Source: Deltaproteobacteria bacterium
GTDB lineage: Bacteria; Myxococcota; JACRCW01
DNA: 51,039 bases
Reading direction: 5' to 3'
Assembly (NCBI GenBank): GCA_016218805.1
Contig: JACRCW010000106.1
Location: 1-51,039, forward strand
A program made the position numbers and the translations under genes. Positions 1 through 9,056 of the stretch are shown here, in pieces. Every line of letters starts with the position of its first letter. Within the stretch, counting starts at the first letter, position 1. The notes under the pieces were generated by a model. That model searched no databases, had not been told where the DNA came from, and saw only the letters and a list, made by a program, of their open reading frames with translations.

Positions 1-143
1 CACGCGCCCGGCACGGCCGGTGCCGCTGGCGACTCGAGCACCTGCGTCTGGGGATGTGGCTTGGGCGGCGGCGGCGGCGGCGCGGGCGGCGCGGCGGCGG
101 GCGGCGGCCCAACTGATGGCCGGCCTGTAGGGCGCGGACGCAT
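1..143 (-). CDS. Possible N-terminus of a proline-rich protein running off the window edge (MRPRPTGRPSVGPPPAAAPPAPPPPPPKP...)
   Basis: Open frame on the minus strand from ATG at 143 to the window end; divergent from the gene at 230; truncated, so unverifiable. Confidence 0.35.
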   Translation of the reverse strand, partial: MRPRPTGRPSVGPPPAAAPPAPPPPPPKPHPQTQVLESPAAPAVPGA

Positions 144-229
144 ACCCGGCAGAAGCGGACAGCACCGGCGCGGCCGGAGTACACCTGCGCGGACCAACGG
201 GCGTTTCCTTGCCCGGCCGGAGTGCCGCC

Positions 230-2482
230 ATGCGCTTGAACCGTGTCCTTGTGTCGTTGCTTCCCTTTGTCCTGGTCACCGCCTGTGACGGTTGCCAGGA
301 GCCGCAGACCAATGAGGATGCGGGCAGCAGCGGCTCGTCCGGCCACCTGCAACACCCCGACGCCAGCGTGCAGGACGGCGGCGGCAGCAGCAGTTCGTCG
401 TCGTCGTCGTCGGAGGACGCCGGCCTCCCGGACCACAAGGTCATCACGTTCACCGGAAGCCCGCCCATCACGGTGCATTACGGGGATGGCGCGGACCTGG
501 CGTTCTCGCTGACCAACAACGGCGTGGCGCTACCCAGCACGCTGGTGCAGTTTGCGCTGACGGGCAACGGCGGGTCCCTGTCCGTCACGGCCGCCCAGAC
601 CAACAGCCAGGGCGCGGTGTCCACGCGGTTCCTGGCGGGCAGCGCGGACGCAGACCTGGTGGTCACGGCGTCCTCCGCCGGTGCCACGCCGGCCACCGTG
701 GCGGTGCGCGTGCGGGCGCAGCCCAGCGGCAACATCAACCTGTCCGTGACGGCGCAGACGCGCATCCCGGTGACGCGCGCGGAGGTGTGGCTCTACCAGG
801 GCGTGGGCGGCGCGGTGCCCACGTGCGCGGCGCTGATGGCGTCCGCCACGCCCACCACCACGCCCCACACCGGCACGCTCACCGCCGTCCCCGGCAGCAA
901 GCAGTTCAATGACCTGCCCTCCGGCGCGGGCCTGGCGGCGCTGGCCCGCGGCTACACCGCGGCGGGTGACTACGTGGCGCAGGGCTGCACGGAGGGTGGC
1001 GTCGTCGTGGGCGGGGTGACCTCCACGGTGACGGTGGCCATGAACCAGCTGCCGTCCATCCTGGCGGGTGACTACGACGTGCTGATGCAGCTGGACCTGG
1101 CCAACGCGCTGCCCGCGCCGTACGACGCGTACGTGGACCAGGTGACCACCATCCTGTCCCAGCCCGCCGAGGTGATGGCCTACTACGTCCTGCAGATGGC
1201 GGACGCGCAGCTGTCCAGCACGTTCCTGGAGATTCCCGGCTCCAACCCGCCCGCCCAGGCCACGCTGCAGGAGGTGCTGGCCAACCAGACGGCGTACGGG
1301 ACCTGGAACCTGCTGCGGAACTTCATTGACGGGCAGGCCACCACGCTGCTGGGTTCCGGCTACACGGACCTGGTCACGGTGGGCACGGACCTGCGCGGCC
1401 TGGTGAGCAGCTTTGAAGTGGGCTCGCGCTTCCACGTGACGGCGGTGCAGGGGTCCAGCGCGTCGCTGCAGGTCACTGAAACCTGGCAGGCCATTGTGTA
1501 CAGCTGGCAGCTGTCCTGCCCGGGCGGGGACCTGGGCTGCGCGCGGCGGCCCATTCTGCTCGCCAACACCAGCTATTCGCCCATGAGTGAGATCTACAAC
1601 GCCGCCTACACGCATGAGCCCATGACGGGCGCCAACGCCATCACCGAGCGCTTCCGGGTGGTCACCGACGGGCACCCCATGCCGTTCAGCTACGGCAACC
1701 TGTTGCTCATTGCCATCAACGAGGTGCTGGTGGGCCAGGTGGCCCCCAGCTGCACCACCTCCACCGGCGCGGAGTGCCACGACCTCAACGACCTGATGGC
1801 GTACATCGTCAACTGCCCGTCGGTGGGGACGTGGCTGGCAGGCCAGACCAGCGGGCTCATCTCTGAGGCCAACGGCACCGCGTTCTGCGGGCAGGCCATC
1901 TCCACGGTGGTGGGGCTGGTGGAGGCGCGCGCGGCGCAGCTGGTGGTGGGCGGGCCCAGCGGGACCAACCCCAAGGACGCCAAGGGCCTCAATGGCTCCG
2001 GGACGTTCTACCTGGTGGACAAGAACCGCGATCTCACCACGGAGCTGTTCAGCGACTACACGGCGGTGGTGCAGTGGCGTGACCCGCAGGACCCGCAGTT
2101 CACCCAGGACGTCACCGCGCCCATCACCGGGCACGGGCGCACCGCGGCCAGCGGCTGCGCGTTTGATGGCCACTGCACGGCGGCCGGCACCACCTGCCAG
2201 CCCGTCCCGCACTACCTGGAGGTCGCCCGGGTGGAGCTGACGTGCGCCCACAACGTGGGCACCGGGGCGGGCGGCTCCGCGTGCCTGGCGCACGGGCAGT
2301 GCGCGTCCGGCATCTGTGTGGGGTTTGCCGGCACGCAGCCGGGCGCCTGTTTCCACGCGTGTGAGAACGGGCCGCAGTGCGGCGGCGGCGGCGCGGTGTG
2401 CGTGGCCGATAGGACCACGTTGGACCTGGACCCGGTCCGGCAGGGCCTGGGTGAGGTGGGCGTGCAGGGCTGCAACCCGTGA
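230..2482 (+). CDS. Large secreted lipoprotein with Ser-rich linker, Ig-like (Big-1-like) domain and Cys-rich C-terminus
   Basis: ATG 230; signal peptide with lipobox VTA-C; poly-Ser linker; beta-rich 'AQTNSQGAVSTRF' segment; repeated C-x3-C motifs at the C-terminus; strong GC3 codon bias. Confidence 0.75.
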   Translation: MRLNRVLVSLLPFVLVTACDGCQEPQTNEDAGSSGSSGHLQHPDASVQDGGGSSSSSSSSSEDAGLPDHKVITFTGSPPITVHYGDGADLAFSLTNNGVALPSTLVQFALTGNGGSLSVTAAQTNSQGAVSTRFLAGSADADLVVTASSAGATPATVAVRVRAQPSGNINLSVTAQTRIPVTRAEVWLYQGVGGAVPTCAALMASATPTTTPHTGTLTAVPGSKQFNDLPSGAGLAALARGYTAAGDYVAQGCTEGGVVVGGVTSTVTVAMNQLPSILAGDYDVLMQLDLANALPAPYDAYVDQVTTILSQPAEVMAYYVLQMADAQLSSTFLEIPGSNPPAQATLQEVLANQTAYGTWNLLRNFIDGQATTLLGSGYTDLVTVGTDLRGLVSSFEVGSRFHVTAVQGSSASLQVTETWQAIVYSWQLSCPGGDLGCARRPILLANTSYSPMSEIYNAAYTHEPMTGANAITERFRVVTDGHPMPFSYGNLLLIAINEVLVGQVAPSCTTSTGAECHDLNDLMAYIVNCPSVGTWLAGQTSGLISEANGTAFCGQAISTVVGLVEARAAQLVVGGPSGTNPKDAKGLNGSGTFYLVDKNRDLTTELFSDYTAVVQWRDPQDPQFTQDVTAPITGHGRTAASGCAFDGHCTAAGTTCQPVPHYLEVARVELTCAHNVGTGAGGSACLAHGQCASGICVGFAGTQPGACFHACENGPQCGGGGAVCVADRTTLDLDPVRQGLGEVGVQGCNP

Positions 2483-2571
2483 GCTGCCCCGCCGCTGCGC
2501 CCCCCGGCCCGGTGTGCCGGCGTTCGCAACCGCCCTGGTCCTGCGCCCGGGCGCGGCGGATCCGGGCCCGC

Positions 2572-2599
2572 TTGCATAAACGAACGGTCGTGCTATTAT
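2572..2599 (+). promoter_or_regulatory. Sigma70-like promoter (TTGCAT-16bp-TATTAT) overlapped by a putative TetR operator; probably a leaderless transcript
   Basis: -35 at 2572-2577, -10 at 2594-2599, ATG 7 nt downstream, no Shine-Dalgarno; operator-like 18-mer at 2580-2597. Confidence 0.65.
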
Positions 2600-2605
2600 T
2601 CGCCC

Positions 2606-3193
2606 ATGGGCAAGGGCGCACAGACGCGTGAGACCATCCTGGACGAGGCGCTGCGCGCGGCGTCACGGGACGGGCTGGGCGGGCTGAGCATTGCCGGGCT
2701 GGCGGACGCGGTGGGGATGTCCAAGAGCGGGCTGTTTGCGCATTTCCGTTCCAAGGAACAACTCCAACTGGAAGCGCTGCAGCGCGTGGCGGACCTGTTT
2801 GTGGAACACGTGGTGCGGCCGGCCCTCAAGTCCCCCCGCGGCGAACCGCGCCTGCGCACCCTGTTTGACCGCTGGCTGGCCTGGGACCGGGACGCGTTTC
2901 CCGGCGGCTGCGTCATCCAGGCCGCCAGCGCGGAGTTTGATGACGTCCCCGGCCCCGTGCGGGACTTCCTGGTGGACACCCAGCGGGATCTCAAGGACAC
3001 GCTGGGCAACATGGTGCGCGCCGGCGTGGAGCACGGCGCGTTCCGCAAGGACCTGGACGTTGAGGGATTTGCGTTTGAGCTGCTGGGCCTGGTCCAGGCC
3101 TACCGGCACCACGCACGCCTGCTGCATGACCCGCGCGCGGAGACGCTGGCCCGCGCCGCCCTGGAGCGCCTGTTCAACCACGCCCGCGCGTGA
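2606..3193 (+). CDS. TetR/AcrR family transcriptional regulator
   Basis: N-terminal HTH 'LSIAGLADAVGMSKSGLFAHFRSKEQL'; C-terminal 'PGGC' motif. Confidence 0.95.
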   Translation: MGKGAQTRETILDEALRAASRDGLGGLSIAGLADAVGMSKSGLFAHFRSKEQLQLEALQRVADLFVEHVVRPALKSPRGEPRLRTLFDRWLAWDRDAFPGGCVIQAASAEFDDVPGPVRDFLVDTQRDLKDTLGNMVRAGVEHGAFRKDLDVEGFAFELLGLVQAYRHHARLLHDPRAETLARAALERLFNHARA

Positions 3194-3221
3194 GCGCGGC
3201 AAGCACACGGAGGAGGACCTC

Positions 3222-4103
3222 ATGGGCACCCACAATAGCACGACCGTTCGTATCATGAACGCGCTCCGCCCGGCGGTTTCCGCCACGGGCCGCCTGGCAC
3301 CCGGGCTGGCCGGGGATGCGGCCGCCCGGCTGTTCCTCACCACGCGGCGCCCGCCGGTGGCGCCGGAGGCGGCCGCCGTGCTGGCGCGTGCGCGCCGGGT
3401 GACGCCCGCGCCGGTGACCCACCCGCTGGTGGCGCATGAATGGCCAGGAGGCAGCCGCACGGCGCTGCTGGTGCACGGCTGGAACGGCCACGCGGGACAG
3501 TGGCACGCCTGGGTGGAGCCCCTGCGCGCGGCGGGGTTCACCGTGGTGGCGCTGGATGGACCGGGGCACGGGGGAAGCCCGGGGAACACCAGTTCGCTGG
3601 GGCACCTGGCGCGCGCGGTGCGCGAAGTGGCGTCCTGGGCGGGGGGTGTGGACGTCGTGGCGGGGCATTCGCTGGGCGGGGCCGCGGTGCTGCACGCGCT
3701 GGCGGGCGGGCTGGGCGCGGAGCGCGCGGTGCTGCTGGGCACTCCGGCGCAGCCCGGCCGGTACATCCAGCAGTTCCTGGACCTGCTGGGCCTGGGCGGC
3801 AGCGCGCGCACGCACGCGGTGGCGGGCATTGAGCAGCGCGCGGGCTACCCGCTGCGGTCCTTTGACCTGCCCGCGCTGGCCGGCAGAGTGACCGCGGAAT
3901 TGTGCCTGATCCATGACGAGACGGACCGCAACGTGCCGCCCGGCGAAGCGGTGGCGCTGGCGGGCGCCTTCCCGCGCGCGCGCCGGCTGACCACCCGCGG
4001 CCTGGGCCACCACCGCCTGCTGCGGGACGGCGGCGTGGTGCGGGACGCGGTGGCGTTCCTCGACGGCGCCCCCGCGACGGGCATCCTGCCCCGGGCTGCC
4101 TGA
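3222..4103 (+). CDS. Alpha/beta fold hydrolase
   Basis: RBS GGAGGA before ATG 3222; motifs HGW, GHG, GHSLGG nucleophile elbow, HDETD, GLGH. Confidence 0.9.
   Translation: MGTHNSTTVRIMNALRPAVSATGRLAPGLAGDAAARLFLTTRRPPVAPEAAAVLARARRVTPAPVTHPLVAHEWPGGSRTALLVHGWNGHAGQWHAWVEPLRAAGFTVVALDGPGHGGSPGNTSSLGHLARAVREVASWAGGVDVVAGHSLGGAAVLHALAGGLGAERAVLLGTPAQPGRYIQQFLDLLGLGGSARTHAVAGIEQRAGYPLRSFDLPALAGRVTAELCLIHDETDRNVPPGEAVALAGAFPRARRLTTRGLGHHRLLRDGGVVRDAVAFLDGAPATGILPRAA
3234..3251. promoter_or_regulatory. Second putative TetR operator inside the hydrolase coding sequence
   Basis: AATAGCACGACCGTTCGT is the exact reverse complement of 2580-2597. Confidence 0.7.
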
Positions 4104-4175
4104 GACAGGCGCCTGCAGGTTCGCCAACGGGGTGGCACGCGCTAGGATGCGCGCTCCTTTCCGGGTGCGCTGCGG

Positions 4176-5777
4176 ATGACCTCCTACGTCGGCCGGTACC
4201 AGCTCGTGCGCTGCATCGGTTCCGGCGGCATGGCTGAAGTGCACCTGGCGGCCACCACGGAGGCCGGCGCCATCCGCTGGGTGGTGGTCAAGCGCATGCT
4301 GCCGCACCTGCGCGGGCGGTCTGAATACACGCACATGTTTGTGGACGAGGCGCGCGTGGCCAGCCGCCTCAACCATCCCAACGTGCTCAAGGTGTACGAC
4401 TACGGCGAGGACCACGGCGTCCCGTTCATGGTGCTGGAGTACGTGGACGGCGTGCACATGGGCGCGCTGCTGACGCACCTGCTGGCGCGGGACCAGGTCA
4501 TCCCCATCCCGTACGTGGTGCACATGGTGGCGCAGGCCTGCCGCGGCCTGCACTACGCGCACGAAGCCACCGACGAGCACGGGACGCCGCTGGGCATCAT
4601 CCACCGCGACGTCAGCCCGCAGAACGTGATGATGAACCGCCTGGGCGAGGTGAAGCTGCTGGACTTTGGCATTGCCAAGACGGCGCTGCAGTCCAGCCAG
4701 ACGCAGACCGGCGTGCTCAAGGGCAAGCTGGGCTACATGGCGCCGGAGCACTGCAGCGGCGAGACGCTGGACCGCCGCGCGGACGTGTACAGCATGGGCG
4801 TCACGCTGCATGAGATGCTCACGGGCGCGCGCCTGTTTCCGGAGGCCAACCCGTTGGAGGTGGTACGGCGCATCACGCAGGAGGACATCCCGCCACCGTC
4901 ACGGACCAACCCGGGCGTGCCCCGGGAGATTGACGAGATTGTGCAGTTTGCCACCGCGCGCCAGCCGCGCGCGCGCTGCCCGGATGCGCGCACGCTGGCG
5001 GACCGGCTGGAGGGCTGGCTGTTCAACCGGCGTGACCGGCCCACGCCGGAGATCCTGGGCGCCTGGCTGGACCGCGTGGCGGCGGAGATCCTGCCGCCGC
5101 CGCTGCCGTTGCTGCAGGGCGTGGCCAACGCCAGCCAGGTGCCGCCGGTGGTGACGGGAACTGCGCTGGCAGAGCCGCCGGTGTCCGTGACCCAGGCCAC
5201 CCGCGTGCTGGCACCCCGCGTGGCCACGCCCGCGCCGCCCGCGCACGCCGCCGCCGGGCTGGGCGCCGTGCTGCACAGCCCCGCCGCGGGTGAGGCCACG
5301 CGGTTCACCTCTGAGCTCAACCAGATGTTCGCTGACACCGTGACGCTGCACGAACAGCCGGCACCGGGCACCGGGGAGGCACCGGTGTCATCCCGCGCGT
5401 GGCGGCGGCACGGCACCAACCCGTTCATCCGCCAGGTGGCCGTGGATGACAGCGCGCGCACCGCGCACTTCTATGAGCGCCTGTTTGCCGCGGTGGGCCA
5501 GGCCACCGGCATCCGCGGCGGGCAGCAGTTGTACGTCTCCCACGGCCCGGTCACCGGCCAGGTCCCGGTGCCGGGGGCGCAACCGGCCACCGGCCGCTGG
5601 GTGCCGTTCATCCACCTGGACGCGCTGGACCCCATCCTGCTGCTGGTGCCGCAGCTGGGCGGGCGGGTGGTGCAGGCCACCACGCGCGTGGCCACCGGGT
5701 CGTTTGCCATCATCCAGGACCCCGTGGGCGGCCTGCTGGGCCTGTTCTCCAACCACGACGCCGCCGCGGCCAGCTGA
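4176..5777 (+). CDS. Hanks-type Ser/Thr protein kinase with C-terminal VOC/glyoxalase-like domain
   Basis: IGSGGMAEV, VVKRM, HRDVSPQN, DFGIAK, GYMAPE; C-terminal 'W.PFI.L..LD....V.QLGG.V....G.FAII.DP.G..LGL'. Confidence 0.92.
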   Translation: MTSYVGRYQLVRCIGSGGMAEVHLAATTEAGAIRWVVVKRMLPHLRGRSEYTHMFVDEARVASRLNHPNVLKVYDYGEDHGVPFMVLEYVDGVHMGALLTHLLARDQVIPIPYVVHMVAQACRGLHYAHEATDEHGTPLGIIHRDVSPQNVMMNRLGEVKLLDFGIAKTALQSSQTQTGVLKGKLGYMAPEHCSGETLDRRADVYSMGVTLHEMLTGARLFPEANPLEVVRRITQEDIPPPSRTNPGVPREIDEIVQFATARQPRARCPDARTLADRLEGWLFNRRDRPTPEILGAWLDRVAAEILPPPLPLLQGVANASQVPPVVTGTALAEPPVSVTQATRVLAPRVATPAPPAHAAAGLGAVLHSPAAGEATRFTSELNQMFADTVTLHEQPAPGTGEAPVSSRAWRRHGTNPFIRQVAVDDSARTAHFYERLFAAVGQATGIRGGQQLYVSHGPVTGQVPVPGAQPATGRWVPFIHLDALDPILLLVPQLGGRVVQATTRVATGSFAIIQDPVGGLLGLFSNHDAAAAS

Positions 5778-5819
5778 GCGCCGTTGCGTGCCGTGCGGCC
5801 CGCTCGTATGTGGCCCAAC

Positions 5820-6245
5820 ATGCTGCGCCTTCTTGTGCTTCCCCTTGTGCTTGCGTTCTCCATGCCCGCGTATGCGGAGACCCCCGCCCCGGCGCCAGCC
5901 CCGGCCAAGAAGGCGCGCAAGCCGCCCCGGGGTCCACTGGTGGGCGGGCTGGTGGCGCTGGCGGTGGGCGTGCCCCTGGGCGCGGTGTCCACCGCCGGGC
6001 TGTGCGTGGGCAGCGCGCTGATGGGCATTGTGCTTTTGCGCGTGCAGGACTGGGACACCGGCGAGTTCAAGCTGGAGGAGGACCCGCCCAGCGCGGACCT
6101 GGTCACCGTCACCGACCAGCGCGCGTGGAAATGGAGCCGCAACGCATTCCCGTTCTTTGTGGTGGGCGCAGGATTGGGGGCCATTGCCACCGCCATTGGC
6201 ACCACACTGCTGTTGAGCAGCGTGCTGGTGGGCGGGCGCGAGTAG
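5820..6245 (+). CDS. Hypothetical exported/membrane protein
   Basis: Signal peptide ending AYA, Pro/Ala linker, two hydrophobic segments; alternative start 5808. Confidence 0.6.
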   Translation: MLRLLVLPLVLAFSMPAYAETPAPAPAPAKKARKPPRGPLVGGLVALAVGVPLGAVSTAGLCVGSALMGIVLLRVQDWDTGEFKLEEDPPSADLVTVTDQRAWKWSRNAFPFFVVGAGLGAIATAIGTTLLLSSVLVGGRE

Positions 6246-6393
6246 GCAGCGGCCTCCGGGTAGGAGCGTCATCCGCGGTGCGCGTTCCTGCGCGGGTAGC
6301 TCCGCACCCCCGCACGCCTGACCGGCTTGGTCTGCCCGGGGCTGTCTGGTAGTCCGCGCGCGGCCCAAGGGTTGACGGGCCGGGAGGCGTTCG

Positions 6394-7041
6394 ATGTGGC
6401 TCGACCGCGCGATCAAGTGGCTGCTGCCCCGCGAAGACCACTTCTACGACCTGTTGGAGAAGGGCGTGGCGTGTACCGTGGGCGCAGGGGAGATCCTCAT
6501 TGATTGCTGCCGCGCATCCACCGAGCCCGAGCGCGCCGCGCTCATCCAGAAGCTGCGGGACGCCGAACACGCCGCCGACCGCGTCATCCTGGAAGTGTAC
6601 GAGGCCTTGAACCGGACGTTTGTCACGCCGCTGGATCGTTCGGACATCTACGCGCTGGCCACGGAACTGGAGAACGTGGTGGACCGCATGAACTCCACCG
6701 GGTCGCAGTTCAACGTGCACGCCCTGGCGGAGCTGCCGGAAGGCGCCATGGAGCTGGCCACGTTCATCCAGCGCGCCACCGGCCACATGGAGGGCGCGGT
6801 CAAGGAACTGCGGCAGCTCCGCAACCTCAAGTCCATCACGGACCAGTGCAACGCCATCCACAAGCTGGAGAGCGACGGGGACCGCGTCTTCCGCGAACGC
6901 ATGCAGGCGCTCTACCGCAACGAGAAGGACGCCATCCGGCTCATCAAGCACAAGGAGTTCCTGGAGGAGCTGGAGTACACGCTGGACGTGTGCGCGGACG
7001 TGGCCAACGCGCTTGAGAACGTGGTCATCAAGAACGCCTGA
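6394..7041 (+). CDS. DUF47 (PhoU-like) phosphate transport regulator
   Basis: 'EHAAD', 'LNRTFVTPLDRSDIYAL', 'LESDGD' motifs; directly upstream of pit. Confidence 0.92.
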   Translation: MWLDRAIKWLLPREDHFYDLLEKGVACTVGAGEILIDCCRASTEPERAALIQKLRDAEHAADRVILEVYEALNRTFVTPLDRSDIYALATELENVVDRMNSTGSQFNVHALAELPEGAMELATFIQRATGHMEGAVKELRQLRNLKSITDQCNAIHKLESDGDRVFRERMQALYRNEKDAIRLIKHKEFLEELEYTLDVCADVANALENVVIKNA

Positions 7042-7047
7042 GGAGCC

Positions 7048-8061
7048 ATGGAAAGCCTCCCGCTCGTCCTGTTGGCGGTGGTCCTGGTGGCCCTGGTGTT
7101 TGACTACATCAACGGCTTCCATGACACCGCCAACGCCATTGCCACCGTGGTGTCCACCGGCGTGCTGCCCATCCGCACCGCGGTGCTGCTGGCCGCGGCG
7201 CTGAACTTTGCCGGCGCGCTGACGGGGACCGCCGTGGCTGGGACCATTGGCAAGGGGCTCATTGTCCCCGCGGAAGTCACCCAGGTGGTGGTGCTGGCGG
7301 CCCTGCTGGGAGCCATCTTCTGGAACCTGTTCACCTGGTACTTCGGGATACCGTCGTCCTCGTCCCACGCGCTGGTGGGCGGGCTGGTGGGCGCGGCGGT
7401 GGCCCGCACCGGTCTCACCGCGGTCCAGGGTGACGGCCTGCTCAAGACCGTGCGTGCGCTCATTGTGAGTCCGCTGGTGGGGTTCACCTTTGCGTTCCTC
7501 ATCATGCTGGGCATCCTGTGGGCGGTGCGGCACGCCGTTCCCAGCCGGGTGAACCGGTTGTTCCGGCGCCTGCAGATGGTGTCCGCCGGATTCATGGCGC
7601 TGTCCCACGGCAGCAATGACGCCCAGAAGACCATGGGCATCATCACCATGGCCCTGGTGGCGCACGGGACGCTCACCGCGGAAGGCGGCAAGTTCCCCGT
7701 CCCGCTGTGGGTGGTCATGGCGTGCGCCACCGCCATGGCCGCGGGCACCGCCGCCGGCGGCCTGCGCATCATCAAAACCATGGGGACCAAGATCATTGAC
7801 CTCAAGCCCATCCACGGATTTGCCGCGGAGACCGGCGCGGCCATCACCATCCTCACGGCGTCCGCCATGGGCCTGCCGGTGTCCACCACGCACGTCATCA
7901 GCGGGTCCATCATGGGCGTGGGCGCCTGCCAGCGCGTGTCCGCGGTGCGGTGGGGCGTGACCACGCGGATCCTGTGGGCGTGGCTGCTGACCATCCCCAT
8001 CAGCGCTGGCGTGGCCGCGCTGGCCTACCTGGTGGCGGCGGCCGTTGGGCTGGGCAGATGA
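7048..8061 (+). CDS. pit: Inorganic phosphate transporter (PiT family)
   Basis: 'NGFHDTANAIAT', 'GIPSSSSHAL', 'HGSNDAQK', 'PVSTTH' signatures. Confidence 0.95.
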   Translation: MESLPLVLLAVVLVALVFDYINGFHDTANAIATVVSTGVLPIRTAVLLAAALNFAGALTGTAVAGTIGKGLIVPAEVTQVVVLAALLGAIFWNLFTWYFGIPSSSSHALVGGLVGAAVARTGLTAVQGDGLLKTVRALIVSPLVGFTFAFLIMLGILWAVRHAVPSRVNRLFRRLQMVSAGFMALSHGSNDAQKTMGIITMALVAHGTLTAEGGKFPVPLWVVMACATAMAAGTAAGGLRIIKTMGTKIIDLKPIHGFAAETGAAITILTASAMGLPVSTTHVISGSIMGVGACQRVSAVRWGVTTRILWAWLLTIPISAGVAALAYLVAAAVGLGR

Positions 8062-9035
8062 GCCAGCCGGAGGGCGCGCTGACGGAACTGGCGCGCCTGC
8101 TTGCCAGCGGAGCCGTGACCACGCCCCCGGGCCGGTGGGCGTTCCGCCTGGACACCTCCGAGTGGACCCTGGTGCACGACGACGGCGCCACCGCACTGCT
8201 GCCCGGCCGCGCGCCGGGCACGGGCGGCGCGCTCATCACCGACGGGGACACACTCCACCGCATGGTGCACGGCGAACTGGACGCCATGACCGCCTCCGCG
8301 CTGGGCCTGCTGGGGTTTGACGGACCGGACCGGGAGTCCATCCCGGTGGTGACGCTGCTCATGCAGGTGCACAACGCCCGGCACCTGGCGCCGCCGTTTG
8401 TGGACCACGTGCTGGGACGGCTGCTGGCGCAGGGGCGCGTGCCGGACCGGGAGGGAAACCCCGTGCCCACGGGCGGCTGGTGCCTGCCGGCAGACGTGTG
8501 CCTGGGGTTGTACCGCCTGGTGCGCGAGGGTGGCCTCGGGCGGACTCTGGAAGTGGGCCTGGGATTTGGCGCCTCCGCCCTGGCCATCTGCCAGGCCCAC
8601 GCTGACGCGGGCCACGGGAACCACGTGGCGGTGGACCCCTGGCAGCAGGGAGAGCTGTTCGGCGGCGCCGGGGTGCACCACCTGCGGGAGGCCGGGCTGG
8701 AACGGTTCTTTGAACTGCGCCACGCGCCCGACCACGTGGCCCTCCCCGGCCTGGTCAACGAGGGGAACCGGTTTGACCTGGTGCTGATAGACGGGCTGCA
8801 CATGCTGGACTACGCGCTGCTGGACATCCTGTACGCGGACCTGTTGCTCCCCGTGGGAGGCCTGCTGGTGCTGGATGACATCTCCCTGCCGGCGGTGGCG
8901 GACGCCCTGGGCTACACGCTGGCCAACCGGGCCTACTGCGAGGAACGGCGCTTCGGTGCCCGCGCGGCCGTGCTGAAGAAGCTGCGCGAGGACGACCGCG
9001 CCGCCCACGACGTCACCTTCCACGTCCGCTGGTGA
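8058..9035 (+). CDS. Class I SAM-dependent methyltransferase (Methyltransf_24-like) with N-terminal SCP2-like domain
   Basis: ATGA overlap with pit; 'TLEVGLGFGASA', 'FDLVLIDGLH', 'GGLLVLDD'; N-terminal 'DTLHRMVHGELDAMTA..LG.L..DG'. Confidence 0.8.
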   Translation: MSQPEGALTELARLLASGAVTTPPGRWAFRLDTSEWTLVHDDGATALLPGRAPGTGGALITDGDTLHRMVHGELDAMTASALGLLGFDGPDRESIPVVTLLMQVHNARHLAPPFVDHVLGRLLAQGRVPDREGNPVPTGGWCLPADVCLGLYRLVREGGLGRTLEVGLGFGASALAICQAHADAGHGNHVAVDPWQQGELFGGAGVHHLREAGLERFFELRHAPDHVALPGLVNEGNRFDLVLIDGLHMLDYALLDILYADLLLPVGGLLVLDDISLPAVADALGYTLANRAYCEERRFGARAAVLKKLREDDRAAHDVTFHVRW

Positions 9036-9056
9036 ACGGGTGAGCGGACCCCGGGC

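Noticed and set aside
64..107. (GGC)n repeat at the window start
   Set aside because: Explained by a poly-Pro/Ala coding tract on the minus strand
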